A stretch of DNA of 64,000 nucleotides, taken from assembly GCF_009914755.1 (NCBI RefSeq), contig NC_060930.1. One strand, written 5' to 3'. The notes under the pieces are model-generated. The model made no database searches and was not told the origin of the DNA. It saw only the letters and a program-made list of their open reading frames with translations. This DNA is from the human T2T-CHM13v2.0 reference genome, Homo sapiens. A program made the translations under genes and the position numbers. Below are positions 28,017-43,930 of this stretch, piece by piece. Every line of letters starts with the position of its first letter. Positions within the stretch are counted from its first letter, which is position 1.

Positions 28017-28471
28017 ACTACTTAGGTGACCTCGAGACATGTATTTAACCTGCTGTGCTTTGGATTCTGCAAAATGTGGACCACATTAATAACTACTCTG
28101 TAGAATGGCTGTGAATATAACATAATACATGGAAAGCACGTAGAATGGAGCATAGAACATCGTGCCATATAAGTGTTAGCTGTGTTCTTACTTAATAATA
28201 GAAACATTTTATATTCAGATTTTGTGGGCAATTTTGCAATTAATTTTAGTTTGTTAAAATGTGACCAATGGAAAAAAAGTATTAGCTTTTTTCTTTAATT
28301 ACTTCTCCCTCTTCTACTGTAAGGTTTCCCTCTGACATCCCAGGGTCTAGTAATGGCATCCACATGTGGCAATAAACTATAGCAGTTAAGCCACAAGCTA
28401 AGCGGCTGAGGTATCAAGGGCACTTTGGGGTCATCCTTAAATATCCACTACCTATGAGGGCAACACAAATC

Positions 28472-28859
<388 letters not shown>

Positions 28860-30684
28860 TTAGCCAACAACTTCTCACTTCTGTTTCAAGCAAGCACACC
28901 TGACAATAGAGACAAAAGTTAAAAGACATTGCATAGGAAATACATTCCATATTCTTGTCATCTTTTTTTTTAAATAGTGTGCATGTGAAAGTCCGATTTT
29001 AAAGAGGTGACATGTGAATATTAGTTCCTTCAGTTAAAGGAGATACAAAGTCCATGTGAATATATCATTTCAATTGAAGGCAGATCTGTGGTACCTCAGA
29101 GTTTGGATAAAACTAATACCACTGAGAACTTAGATAACATCTGGATACTGAATGAACAGGTCTTTTTCATCACAATGTTTTATTATTATTGCACTGTGGA
29201 GCTACATAAATATTTGTTGAATATTTATACTAGGTGTTTTCCCTTTATATGAAATGTCTGTCGTGTAAATGTTAATATTTGTTGATCTGTTGTAGAGTAA
29301 TGGTAATCTTAAGCATTTAAATAGTGAGGTTGAAAATATTTATTTAAAAGTATCATCATTTAGATACTATATCCTCTGTGTTTTGACATTTAACTAGGAT
29401 AGCTTTTTCTAAAATACCATAGCAGAAAAAAATTCTATTCCATCTTGTTTTAAACAATCTGTATTTTTGTGGAGTTCAGCAGCATTTCAATACAGAAACA
29501 GTGAGTTTACTACTTTTAACTTAGCTTAGCTAATGAACACCAAATTAAAGTCACAGCCTTAAGACAGTTGGTACTGCTGTTGATAAAAAAAAAATTTACT
29601 TTGATAGCATTTTTAGGTATAAAAGTGGAGTATTTTAAAAGAGCTTCAGAAATCTGCAAGTTTTCTGAGAAGACAAATTATTTCCTGCTAAAAATATAGG
29701 GCTGAATCAAGTATCAATGTTAGGGATCTAATCTTGTTGACAAATTACAGAAACACAAAAAATATGTTTAAAATGTAGCTCATGCTAGGAGAATATATAA
29801 ATTTACATGCTATATATATATATTTTTTTCCTTCAATCAATTTTCTAAGAAAGAGAATGAAGTCTTTTAATTTTGTATCAGTCTAGGAATAGCTCTGTTT
29901 CATATTCCATTCTGTGTCATCTCATATTTTACTCTTTTACCATATCTCTAGAAGTGGATCTCATATTGGATAATGGGATACCTGGCACAATTTGTCCAGG
30001 GATCTCAAAAGACCACATCTAGAAAAACATGACTTTTACCAAAGAAAAACACAGGGTTCTTCAGGGTCACATAACATGCAACAATGGGGCTGTAAGAGCT
30101 CAGCTGGCCACAACTGAATTAAGCACAATGCTCCTTTCTCTAAGCTGTGTTTGCTGAGACATCATTTACAGGGTCTCTCTCAGTATTAAAATCACAAGAT
30201 ACCTTAAGACACCTTAAGTCATAAAATTAATCCACTACCTCATCTCTTGGGTGTGAAGTGAGAGGGGCGTCTAGGAAACCTGGGCCCGAAACACTTTCTC
30301 AAAATGCCAAACATCACCTGTTAATTATCATTCTGTAGGTTGAAGTCTTTCTGGTCCTGAATATCTCCAGTTAAAGATCCTATAGACAATAAGTTATTAG
30401 TGATAAGCCTTTTTGGTGATTAGCTTGTTAGCTTACTGACAGTATATAATAAACCCACTGGAGATATGAAGAAGACTGGTGAGTTCTGTTGATGAGATGT
30501 GAAGAATTAATTTCTGCTCAGAAAGCCAGAAATGGGTAAGACATTATGATGTTAGGGGCCTGTAGAGTTGCCCAGCACAGAGAGGGATGTGTGGGGTGGG
30601 ATGAAATGGAGAGGGCATCCTTTTGAGTGAGGTGGGAAATTTACACTGGAAGGAGAGAATGAAAGGTATCAAAAGTAAAGTCTT

Positions 30685-30974
<290 letters not shown>

Positions 30975-32419
30975 GTAGTCTCTCTTTCTCTGCATATCCA
31001 TACAGATGCATATATACACACACGTGTGTGTGGGTGTGTGTGTGTGTTTCCTTCCCTCCCACCCCTGGTGATTCTAACCTAGCATCAGTGTGGTCTTTCA
31101 TAGATTTTTAACTCTAAGATAGGGTTTTTAAATATAACTTTTGAAACAAAGCTTTCTGTGTAGAAAAGCATACGTCCTGTTAAGAGATAATCCTATGGTC
31201 TAAAGATATTTTGACATATTTAAGTGTTCTATGTGATTATATTTGCATAATTGTGATTATGCCTGTAAGATTTTAAAAGAATCTGAATATATGTGTCCTC
31301 AACTCTAAAAAAAAGTATTAAATGTTACCTTCAGGGGATTATGATTATCTTCAATGCTGTTTTTTTCTTGTGAGAAAACCTAAGAGCTGCTTCCCATGGT
31401 ATACCTTCCGCTTCCTCCAAACTTGCCCTTTTGTCATGGTTCAATCATTTGCTTTGGTTTACTTTTAGCTGCTATTTAGAAGTTCTTCTTCCTCCACCCA
31501 AAGGGAGGCGGCTTCCTTAAGTTCAAGATTTTACTTCATTCTTCTTCCTTAGTTGAACCTCCATCCTTTCCCCTTCCTCTGTATCTCACCATGATAGCTA
31601 TATTGTAATCTTTACTGTAGTACAATAGATATAAGGTAAAAATGGTTGACACATGTTAAAACTGTCCTGTTCAGACCAATCTGTGAGCCCTTTAGTTTTC
31701 AGTCTTGTGGAGGTGGGGGGTGGGAGAAGGGTTGGCGGACTGTTTGTCCTGAAGGCTTTTAAGCCCCATGCTAGGTTGAGTTCTCCCTTTCGGACACTGT
31801 CTTTGGAAAAGAAGTATATTTTCCTGTCTGGGGCCAAGTCCACCAGCTTTGACATCAAAGCTGCTCCCTTAGCTTTCTAGACCAACCTGCCCACTGTCTT
31901 CGAGGCTCTGCTCAGAATCACTGACATACCTCACTCTACTCGCCTTGGGCATCCATCTCCCAACCATCTCTCATTAGCAGATTCCAGACTTTAAGTTTAT
32001 TCTTCCCTGTCCTTGCAATCAGATTCTTACAGTAGTGAGCTGAGTGTTCCCAGCCTCTCCCTCTATCGAATTTTCTCCCTCTGGTTCCCAGGAGAATATT
32101 TCTAGACCCACATCTTTGAAAAGCCTCCTTGGTGCTGTATATCCCATCGCAGTCCTTGGAATATCTAAGTCATACCAGGGAGGGTCTTTCTTCATGACAG
32201 TCACACTGTTTGTGTGCACATGAGAATATCAGAAAGTTAATCATTTCTTCCTGGGAAAAGAGAAACTTCATAAGGTTCAACCCAGTGAATGTTAGCAATG
32301 AGAGATTAAATAAATCACTTACAGTCTATTCCTCCACTGGCATACTGTTCTGGCACTGGGAGTGAATGAACTAGAGTCCTACATATTATCATGGATGAAA
32401 CTCACATACATATTGTTGA

Positions 32420-32794
<375 letters not shown>

Positions 32795-33757
32795 CAATGT
32801 TATATATTTCTTAGGGATACACACACACACACACGCACCCACACACATTTTCCTGACACCATATATGTGAAATATGCATGTAATAAAAACATAAATAAAG
32901 GTATGGAAATAACACACTAAATTCATGGTAGTAGTTACAACTGCAAGGAGACAAGAAGTAGCTTCAACTGTATTGGTTAGTGTGTATTTCCTCAGATGGG
33001 TGGAGGATATGTGGAAGAGAATATATTCATTACATAGTTTACAAATTTTATTTATTGCATAACAAATAAAAATAAAATGCATTCCAGCTTTTGCTGTAAC
33101 AAGGTAATTCAGGTATTTTATTAAGGTTAGCTAAAATGCTGATAGAATCATTTATTATTTGCCTTCCTACAATGTGAAATTATGGTAAGTTGTTGGTGGT
33201 TCCATTTTCTTAGAAAGACAGCCTCTGTCATTTTGACAGTCTGTTTCTCTTGTTTAAGCACAAGTCACAGTAGAAGACTTTACACCTAAATAAAACCAGC
33301 TCTTTTCTGTCCTAAAATTAACTGGAATCAATGTGGATCTGGCACTAGGTTTCTAAACTGGCATAAACAAATTGGCTACAATTTCTGCTCGTATCTTCAG
33401 GTTTCAGTGTTATAAATCACCATTGGCCAATAATAGAATCATATTTTCATGAGGTATAAACCACTCCTAATAGTCTTCCTGAATTTATCAATTTTCTATT
33501 AAAATATTCAAAGAGTATTTTCTGCTTTTTCTGGCATCACAGTGGTGCCATGACCATGTGTACAGAATCCCACATAATTAAAAAATTAATGTTATCAAAT
33601 GATTCATTTGTAACTTTTCTTTAAGCTACTTTTCTTTTTCTACACATAAGACTGGTACCATATGCAGTTACTACAAGCCATAATTAATAGTTGTGTGGTA
33701 TTAGCATTTGTGTTTTCAATATGAGATTATCAAAGTTCTTTTGTTGCAGTTTTCTAG

Positions 33758-34099
<342 letters not shown>

Positions 34100-35488
34100 C
34101 AAGAAAATTATTAATATTTTAAAATTTTAAAATCATACATAATAGACTTTAATTTTTTTCTTTGTACTGTTCTTATTCTTACAACTCTTCTGGAAATTTT
34201 AAATTATTTCCAAATGTTTGCAGTGGTTTCCCAAGCTCCAATTCCCACATGAGTGTTATGAATGGACCTAGATAGATGACCCAGCACATGCAGTGGGTTG
34301 CATTACAGGAAAGCTTTGGGTAAATGCTGTTTTAGAGCTGGCAAGTTTATAATAAGCAAGTTTACTCTTTGCCCTGGAGGGAGACATTATCTCCTCCCTC
34401 AAGGTTGCCCACTACAAAAACAACCCTGAGAAATGACCCAGATAAACAGAGGTCAGGGCCTCACTGGAGTGCAAGAGTCATGGAGGACTGTCTCCCAACA
34501 AAGTTCCTCTCAGCAACAGTTAGATGACTAGTGGGAAGCATAGTGCAGGCTATCAGTCATAAACCAAAACATTTTCAGCATGGAGCAAATGTGGGTAGAC
34601 TGTCTAGGAAAACAGTAGATAGGAATAGATGGATGGGAGGGGAAGTATAACTCATCCAAGGTCTCATCTTTGTTTATGTAGAAGAGGTAGAGAAAGAAAG
34701 CAGATACCTACCAAATAAGGAGAATGGAACCTCCCAAGGAAGATGGGAAAGAGCTCTCTTGCTTGTATTGTCTGTTTCTGTCCCACAATAGCTGCTTCCT
34801 CCTCCCTGGGCCTTTCCTTTCATCTCTTGTCCTCTAATCAGATGGCACTTTGGTCTCTGCCTCTGATTTGGACTGCTTTCCTCTCTGGTTTGGATGTTTT
34901 CCTGTCCTGGGTATTAGCTGCAGTTGTTTGTATCCCGACCCTCCTTTGCATCTTAGAACTCACTGAAGGTTTATACTTTATAATGAATTTAATAGACTTT
35001 AATTTTTTTCAAACATTCAAAAACCTTTCTCTCATTCCCAAGCTTTCAAAGATATAGAGTCACTAACATGCTCAATTTTTTTTTTAAATCAAGAATTTAA
35101 ACTTTTAAATCATATGTGGCTTTCATCTATTCCAGAAAACATTTATTGGCCACTCTCTTTGTACTGGTACTGTGTTAATGCAAGGGATACCAAGTTTAAC
35201 AAGACATTGTGTGTAAAATCCCAAGGATTTTACAATATCTACCTAGAAAATACAAGATAATCCATAAACTAGTAGAATTATTAGGCAAGTTCAGCTAAGC
35301 ACCAATATTTAGAAAAATATTATGTATCACCACTTAGAAAACATAATTAAAAACATAACTTTAATTATAACTAAAAAGATTAAAGGTATCTAATAATAAT
35401 CTAAGTATAAACAGATAGTGAGCTGGACTGTTTTCTATTCAGTTACCCTAGAACTGTTAAAAGCAAGGACAAAGTCATGAAGTACACC

Positions 35489-35818
35489 ATCTACAGGAAC
35501 ACTACCATAAACAAATCACCTATGGGGTCAGAATCCTCTCTCTAGGAAATGCAGAATTACTGTCATCCACCACCATTCCTTCCCTGTGTATTAAGTAGAG
35601 GATTGACAAGGACAGATGGAGTGGTCAGTAGTGGCCTTATGAGGAGTGTAGTAATCTACAGGAACACTACCATAAACAAATCACCTATGGGGTCAGAATC
35701 CTCTCTCTAGGAAATGCAGAATTACTGTCATCCACCACCATTCCTTCCCTGTGTATTAAGTAGAGGATTGACAAGGACAGATGGAGTGGTCAGTAGTGGC
35801 CTTATGAGGAGTGTAGTA
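35489..35818. repeat. Perfect 165-bp tandem duplication
   Basis: 35489-35653 is identical to 35654-35818; ATC microhomology at the junctions. Confidence 0.97.
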
Positions 35819-36039
35819 ATCCATGGTTATATCTGAGTAGGGACGGATAGGGCAGAGGGTTCAAGTGACTAACAGAGACTGTAGATCCCTAACAGTGGAT
35901 TCTCTAGCAGGCTGCTGGCTGAGCTGCAAAATCTGGAGGCTGAGCCTGATGTTGTCATCTAAGTGTGGAAAGGAAGTCCTTGGGATTGGCTTGACATGTG
36001 TCTCCTGAAAACTGCTGTCATATTGTATCTGTGCAATCC

Positions 36040-36800
36040 ACGCATTAATAGCAATCTATGCAATTCCAATCAAAATCTCAAAAAAGGTATTTATGGTATT
36101 GGGTAAATTGGTCCTTAAATTCATTTGGAAGAATAAAGGACCAAGAATAACCAAGATTATTTTTAAAAAGAATCAAAAGGAGCTTGGCTTATCAGAAACT
36201 AAGACTTAGAAATGGATAGTAATTAGCGAAATGTATTGTTGCTGTAGAGGAGGACTGTTATATCCCCAACTCACTCACACATGGGAATGCGATATACGAG
36301 AGAGGTGGCATTGCAATTCAGTGGAGATAGAAGGGACTGTACAATAGTTCATAAAGAAAAATGGTATTAGATTCCCTATATCATACCCTAAGCAAAAATA
36401 AATTCTAGAAGGTTAAAGACTTAATGTGAAAAGCTAGTTTTTAAAGCTTTCAGAAGAAATTATATGAAAATATCTTTATGACCTCAGGGCACAAAAACAT
36501 GTTTTAAACCTAACATGAAAAGTATAAACCATAAAGGAAAATAATATCAAATTAAATACTAAAAATTAAAACTTCTGCATAGTAAAACTCAAAAGGCAAG
36601 CTACAGATTGGGAGAAGATATTTATATAGTGCATATTATTGTATAATATAATAAGGAAAAGGCAAATATCCTATTAAAATGGGCAAAGGATATTAATAGA
36701 TAATAGGATGGGGAAACTTAAATGACCAACATACATATGGAAAAATGAAAACTAAAGAGATATTGCTTCACACTTATCAGAATTGCAAAAATTATCAGAC
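36040..36800 (+). mobile_element. Old L1ME-like ORF2 fragment
   Basis: 'gcaattccaatcaaaatc', 'taaattcatttggaagaataaaggaccaagaataacc' L1 ORF2 motifs. Confidence 0.7.
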
Positions 36801-36859
36801 AGTATCTATTCTTGTTGGAACTATCAGATAGGGAATTTTAAATCAACAATGACTACTAT

Positions 36860-36965
36860 ATGGGTTAATAGGTACAGCAAACCACCATGGCACATGTACA
36901 CCTATGTAACAAACCTGCACGTGTTCTGCACATGTATCCCAGAACTTAAAGTACAATAAAAAGAA
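36860..36965 (+). mobile_element. ~105-bp 5'-truncated L1PA 3' end with a 15-bp TSD
   Basis: TSD aacaatgactactat at 36845-36859 and 36966-36980; 'caaaccaccatggcacatgt...cagaacttaaagta'. Confidence 0.9.
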
Positions 36966-37123
36966 AACAATGACTACTATGTTACATAAGACTACATAAG
37001 TAGCCTTATGTGCCTGGCATATAATAATTATTAGTAAATATTAGTTAAATGAATGAAATTAATGAGCGAAAAAGAAAAATGACACCTGGAACTTTTCTCA
37101 AAGAAAGCAAGGTTCAAGAGTAA

Positions 37124-37306
<183 letters not shown>

Positions 37307-37508
37307 TAATCTTTATCTATTTCTGCTTCTGTATTTTTAGCACCTCACAGTAACTAATTCTGATAATCATGACGCTGATTCATTCATTCTTTCATTATTT
37401 TAACAAACGTGTAGACCTCCTATAAACTACAGCCTATACTGAAGGTTGGGAACCCAAAAACGAACAAGATACAGCTCAAGATTTTCACAGTCTAATTGGA
37501 AACAGTAA

Positions 37509-37712
<204 letters not shown>

Positions 37713-38686
37713 TAATACATTTTAATAAATGCTACATTAGTATCATTTTTTAAATGGAAATCACATACAGAATATTCTTTTTTAAAAGTCAGAGAAATTC
37801 ATAGTCGCTTTCGGTAACAACACTGACTTCAGACATGTGCTGTGGAGTCAGACAGACCTGGATTAAAATTCAGGCCTTATCCAGCCCTTACTCCATAGAA
37901 GCTGTGAGACATGGGCCAAGTTACAACTTCTCCAAACTTCAGTTCTCCTCTGCAAAATGGAGATAATACCTTTTCCTACCTTATCCTAATGTTAAAAAGA
38001 TTAAATGAGGGAAAGAATGTAAACTGCTTAGGACGGACAGTGCCTAGCACAAAAATAATAGATAGTGGTGGTGGGTGGGGGTGATAATAGTTAACACTTC
38101 TTTTACAGTATGCAAGATTTTAACCCTTCATTACCTGAAAAAGAGACTTATCCAGAATGATTTATTTCTTAAAAGACTCTAGAGTGCTAATATTTTGTTT
38201 TAATGAACATGTATTGTACAAAGAACTGGGAGCAGAAAGATGAGAAAGAGTCTCTAACCTCTAGCAGAAGTATGATGAGTGATACCTGCTAGGGTATCAT
38301 TTGTAATCAACGAAGATTTTACAGTCACTAAAAAGTTAAAATAGAACTGAAGTTCAAATAAATGTTTCACACATACTTTCCCTCCCTTAAGCAAGAATGC
38401 TTCAAAGTAAAGTGCCACTGGGGAATTTTGATTTTTGATGAAGGTTTTGCAAGTCGTTCAGCTTCAAATAGCATCCTGTAAGTCCCCGAGCAGTAAATTG
38501 GGAGCCAAATGGGAACCATTTGACAGGTCTGTCACTTGCTTTTTCTTATTCCTCAAAATACTACAGGGATGCACTGTCTCCACTTATGTAAGCCTCTGTA
38601 TCTATGCTTTTGAACACTTTCTTTTGTTAGTTAAAAATAAGCTGAATTGTTCACAGTTCTCTTTTTTTGTTTTGATATGTTTTTAA

Positions 38687-39056
<370 letters not shown>

Positions 39057-39169
39057 TGCATTTTTTATAACTCAGGGTAGAAAAAACATTTGGCTATTAA
39101 TACCACTTTTTATAAGCATCAAAACTGGGCTTCACATTAATTTCCTTTTTCCTGATAAAGGGTCTGGCT

Positions 39170-41472
39170 AATCTCTTCTGATAATGATGGACTAGGTAAT
39201 TTGGATCTACTATCTTTTGAGGACAATTAGAAAAGCTGCACAAACTATTAAAGGTATATGCTTGAAACTACCTGAGATATCCAAATAATAAAGAATTACC
39301 AGGCCAAGATCTGGGAGCATTTGATAGCTCAATTTTGGGGATCACGTTTCTCCTGGATAAGTTTATGATTCCTGAGAGGACTACTCAAAAAATAAGCAGT
39401 ACTTCTGACACACTCAGAGTGCTAGGAGGATAGGAGCTAAAGTACAGAACTGGCCAAAGTGGGAGGTGAGGTGAACCTCCTCACTTTAGGTTGAGTCCCT
39501 AAAGGGCTGCACCCTGCAACTAAGGTTGAATCAGAAACAGACAGGCCTTCCAAAGGCTGCAATTCAATCTTACTGAATAGGGGCCCCAGATATTGGAATT
39601 ATCCGACAGAGACTATAAAATAGCTATCCTTATAATGTTCAAAGACATAAAATATAAGATTAAAAATCGACAGAAAACTAGTAGCTTTTTAAAAATAGGA
39701 AATTCCAGGAATGCTAACAACGTAACAGAAATTAGGAACTTGGCCAATAGGTATAATAAGAGGTTAGACACAGATTAAGTAAATTACAAAAGAGGCCAAA
39801 AGAAAATATCCAAATGAAACACAGACAAAAAGATGGGAAACATAGAAGAAAGATTAAGAGACAAAGGAGAAAGTAGTAAAGTCTAATATGTGGGTAACTG
39901 GAATTTCAGGAGGAAAAGAAGGGCAGATAACTTTTTAAAGAGATAATGACTGAGAATGTTACAAAACTAATGAAAGATATCCAGCTGCAGATTCAAGAAG
40001 TCCTTTGGATTCTAAGAACAATAAATAAAAAGAAACTCCTGTCACCACAGATTCTATAGACATTAAAAGGACAATAAGAACATATTATGAATAACTTTAT
40101 GCCAATAAACAATTTGGATGAAACAGACACAACTGAAAATCCAAATAATCTGATGCCTTTTAAATAAGTCTTTTATAAAAATCCATCACATAAACAAAAC
40201 TCTAAGCCTGGATGGTTTTGCTGGTGAATTTTGTCAAACATTTAAAAAAGAAAATACTCATCTTACACAACCTCTCAGGAAATAGAGGAGGGAACGCTTT
40301 TATGAGGCCAGCGTAATACCACTAGGAATATCTGAAAAAGACATTCCAAAAAGTAAACTAATATTTCTCCTAAACAGCAGAACAAAAATCTTTATAAAAT
40401 ATTGGCAAATCAAATCCAGTAATATATTTAAAAGATCATGATCAAGCAAGGGCTTAATCTAGAAATGCAAGGTTGATTTAATGTTTAAAAATCAATGTAA
40501 TCCATCATATTAATAAAAAAGGAGAAAAAGCATATCATCAGTTCAATAGATATAGAAAAACATCTGACAAAACTCAACTCCAAATCAACATAAAAACTTT
40601 CAACAAATTTGGACAGGAAGAGAACTTCTTCAAACTGATAAAGGGCATCTACAAAAACTCTACAGCTAATATCATGCTTAATGGTGAAATACAGAATGTG
40701 TTCTCATTAAAGATGGGATCAAAGCAAGGATGCCTGCTCTTATCACTCCTATTCAATATTGCACTGTAAGTCCCAGCCATGGTAATAGAATAAGAAAAAT
40801 AAATAAAAGGCATATACAGATCAGAAACAAAGTATATTGCCTCTATTCACACAGTATGATTGTTTACATTAAAATTTACAGGAATCTACAAAACAACTAT
40901 TAGAACTAATTAGTGAGTTTAGCAAGTTTGTAGGGCACAAAGTCAATAAACAAATCAACTATACTTCTGTCTGACAGCAAACAATTGGAAAGTGAAATTT
41001 TAAAATTTAAATACTGTACTGTCAAAAACATAAAATACGTTAGGAAAAAATATAACAGAAGACATGCCAAATCTCTACACTGAAAACTACAAAACACTGC
41101 TGAGAATTCAAGAGGGCTTAAACAGAGATAAACCATCCTTATCAACTGGAAGACTCAATACTGTTAAGCTGACAACACTCCTTCAAGTTGAGCTATAGAT
41201 TCAATGCAATTCCAGTGAAAACCCCATGAATTTTTTTAAACAAATTAAGCTAATTCTAAAATTCATTTGAGAATGCAAAGGATCTAGAATCTCTAAAGCA
41301 ATCTTGAACAAATTGGAGGGTTTACAGTACCTGACCATGACTTACAAAATGTACCAGTCATCAGAACTGAGGTGCTGGCAGAGGACTGACAAATCAATGG
41401 AACAGTAGTGAGCCCAGAAATAGACTCATACTCATACAGCCATTTGATTCTTAACAAAGACACTGAGGCAAT
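39170..41472 (+). mobile_element. Old L1M fragments (5' UTR, ORF1, ORF2 pieces)
   Basis: ORF 39593..39778 (MELSDRDYKIAI...) is ORF1-like; ORF2 motifs 'caaggttgatttaat', 'ctacagctaatatcatgcttaatggtgaaa'. Confidence 0.8.
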
Positions 41473-41474
41473 CT

Positions 41475-42510
41475 GTGGTGGCCATGAAAATGTACCATTC
41501 ATATCTCCTGCTGAGGGAAACATAGTTGACTGATGGTCCCAGCTGCCAGCCTTCTGAGTCTACTACCACATTTATGCTATGACCAAGCTTACCTTATGCT
41601 ACTCACAGCCAATGAGCACAGCAGGGTCAGTAATACTGGCCCATTCCTTTAACAGGCAACTTTGGCTTGAGGATTCCCCATATGCCTGGCCCAAACTTTC
41701 TTATAATAGCGCTGCAGTCTACAACACTTTCCAACCAATCCTCCTTTTTCCCTCCTTTCCAATTGGAAGGTTTTTACATGCTTTCTCTGGTCCCCTCCCT
41801 TTTTTTCGTCATAGGCATTCCCTCCAATAATTCTCTTACACATCTAATCCTTGTCTTGGCATATGCATCTCCAAGGGCCTACACTAATAATACAGGTGGT
41901 GGCAGAAGTAGTCTAAAAACATGTGTTAGAATATTGGACTGGCTTCTCTACTATCTGGTGGGCAAAGAGAATGTCATCCTGAGTGGTATGTGGGGCATGG
42001 GTAGTCCCTGGCACAAGGCAATGGCCAAATTGCTAAAGATTTCATCAATGGTAACCTGGAAAAACATACTGGTGAGAATGCCCTTGCATGTGTAATGATT
42101 CAGGCATTTGAATGAAATGGGGAAAACCATGCCTACAAGGACAGTAGGGTTTGCTGGTTATTGCTAAGTTGCTATGATGCTCTGGAGAGGGATAATGAGA
42201 AAGTGAGAGCTGTTAACAGGCAGTTAAAGTCTAAGTATAAAAGCTTAGTTTGGTAGCTTACAACGAGACCCTTCTTTCTGGCTATGGAAGAGCAGATAAA
42301 ACTGAGCAGCTGACTGAAGATCTGTTCATCAGAGAGTTCTAGAGACATTTAAATGCTCAGTTGAAGCAGGTGTGCTCTGTTAAGGCCAAGAAAACTTGCA
42401 TGAGGGCACATGAACAGAGTGGTCACAGTGACAGAAATAAAGGCTATATAATGAGCTCCCATGCTTACCAAGGCCAATATGGCTACTGCTGTCTCTGAAT
42501 GTCCTGTTAG
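41475..42510 (+). mobile_element. LTR16A-like LTR (~41475-41892) plus the 5' part of an ERVL internal region
   Basis: LTR start 'tgtggtggccatgaaaatg...atctcctgctg'; LTR end 'actaataataca' followed by PBS-like 'ggtggtggcagaagt' and decayed gag-like sequence. Confidence 0.7.
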
Positions 42511-42519
42511 CTGCCCATC

Positions 42520-43930
42520 GGATTCTAAAATGTTGTTAGATACACAAGGAGCCAAGAATAATAATCTTGAAGAAAAACAATAAGGTGGACAGGCTTGCTT
42601 TCTGGATATTGACACCAGGGTCTCATTGTAAGCTACCAAACTAAGCTTTTATACTAAGGCTGTGACGATTAAAAAACTGTGATACTGTTATAAAAATAAA
42701 GTCTATAAACAGACATGTATTTGTATCTATACATCAACATTATACAGTTGTATATCAACATAAATAATACATGCATATTTATTTGTTGCCTGTATTTATG
42801 TATTCTTGATAAACTGGCCCGGCGGAGCAGTGAGGAAAGAACAATCTTTTCAATAAATGGGCCTGTCTTGACTGGAAAAAAGAAGACCTGAAAGTTAACT
42901 CCCACCTCACACCACACACAAAGTTAATTCCAGATGGACTATAGAAGTAAATGTGAAAGGTAAAACAACAAAGTCTCCAGAAGATGATATAGGAGAAACA
43001 TTTAACTTTGGCATAAAAATACAATTCTTAAACAGGACATAAAGATTGGATAATATGGATTATATTAAATTAGTAATTTCAAAGAAAATTAAAATAAGAA
43101 ATAAGCCACAGAGAGGGAGAAGATATGACAATAAACACATAAAAAGATGTTCAACCTTACTAGTAATCAGAAAAATGAAAATTTAAGTCACACTAAGATA
43201 TTGCATACTAGAATGCCTAAAATGAAACAGACTAATACCAGAGGGTGACAAGGATGTGGAACAACAGGAATTCTCAGACTGCTGATAGGAGTATAAATTT
43301 GTACAACGTTTTTGGAAAACATTTTTGGCATTATCCACTAAAGCTGAAAACACGCTTATTCTATGATCTAGTAATTCCACCTCTAGGCATACACTTAACA
43401 GAAATCCCTGCAAAAGAACAAGAAACACATGCAAAAATATTCACAGCAGTATTATTTGTAAGAAGCCCCAAATTGTATACTAAAATATTCATCAACAGTA
43501 GAATGGGTAAATTGTGGTATGTTTATACCATGGACTACTATAAAACAATGAAAAGGAACAAAATAGTTACATGTAACAACACGGTTAAATTTCACAAAAT
43601 TTTAAGAGAAGTCAGACAATAAAAAGCACGTACCTAAAGATTCACTTTAATTAAAGTCCAAAATAGAGGCAAATTGAATTATAGTATTCAGGAACACATG
43701 CTGAGATGGCAAACGTCTAAATACAAGTGATTACCATTAATCAGGATAGTGGCTATCCTTAGGGTTGGAGTTAGGAAAGGGGTGGTGATTAGGAGGGTGC
43801 ACAAGAGGCGCTTCTGGAGTGATGGCAATATTCTATTTATTGACCTGGATGGTGGTTACACTGTAATAATAGATTACTGAGTTGAAAATTTTATGTACTT
43901 TTCTGTATGCATGTTCCATAATACAAAGAT
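42520..43930 (+). mobile_element. L1ME-like ORF2 3' part and 3' UTR
   Basis: 'caatctttttcaataaatgg'-like motif, 'gggtaaattgtggtat', 'ctatttattgacctggatggtggttacac'. Confidence 0.75.

Noticed and set aside
31380-32260. Non-repeat-looking stretch with short ORFs and a minus-strand donor-like GAG|GTATGT near 31930
   Set aside because: No recognisable protein similarity or paired acceptor; a pseudogene or lncRNA exon cannot be supported without BLAST or RNA data.
41667-42095. 142-aa ORF
   Set aside because: Non-ATG start, spans the LTR/internal junction of a decayed ERVL; no intact gag.
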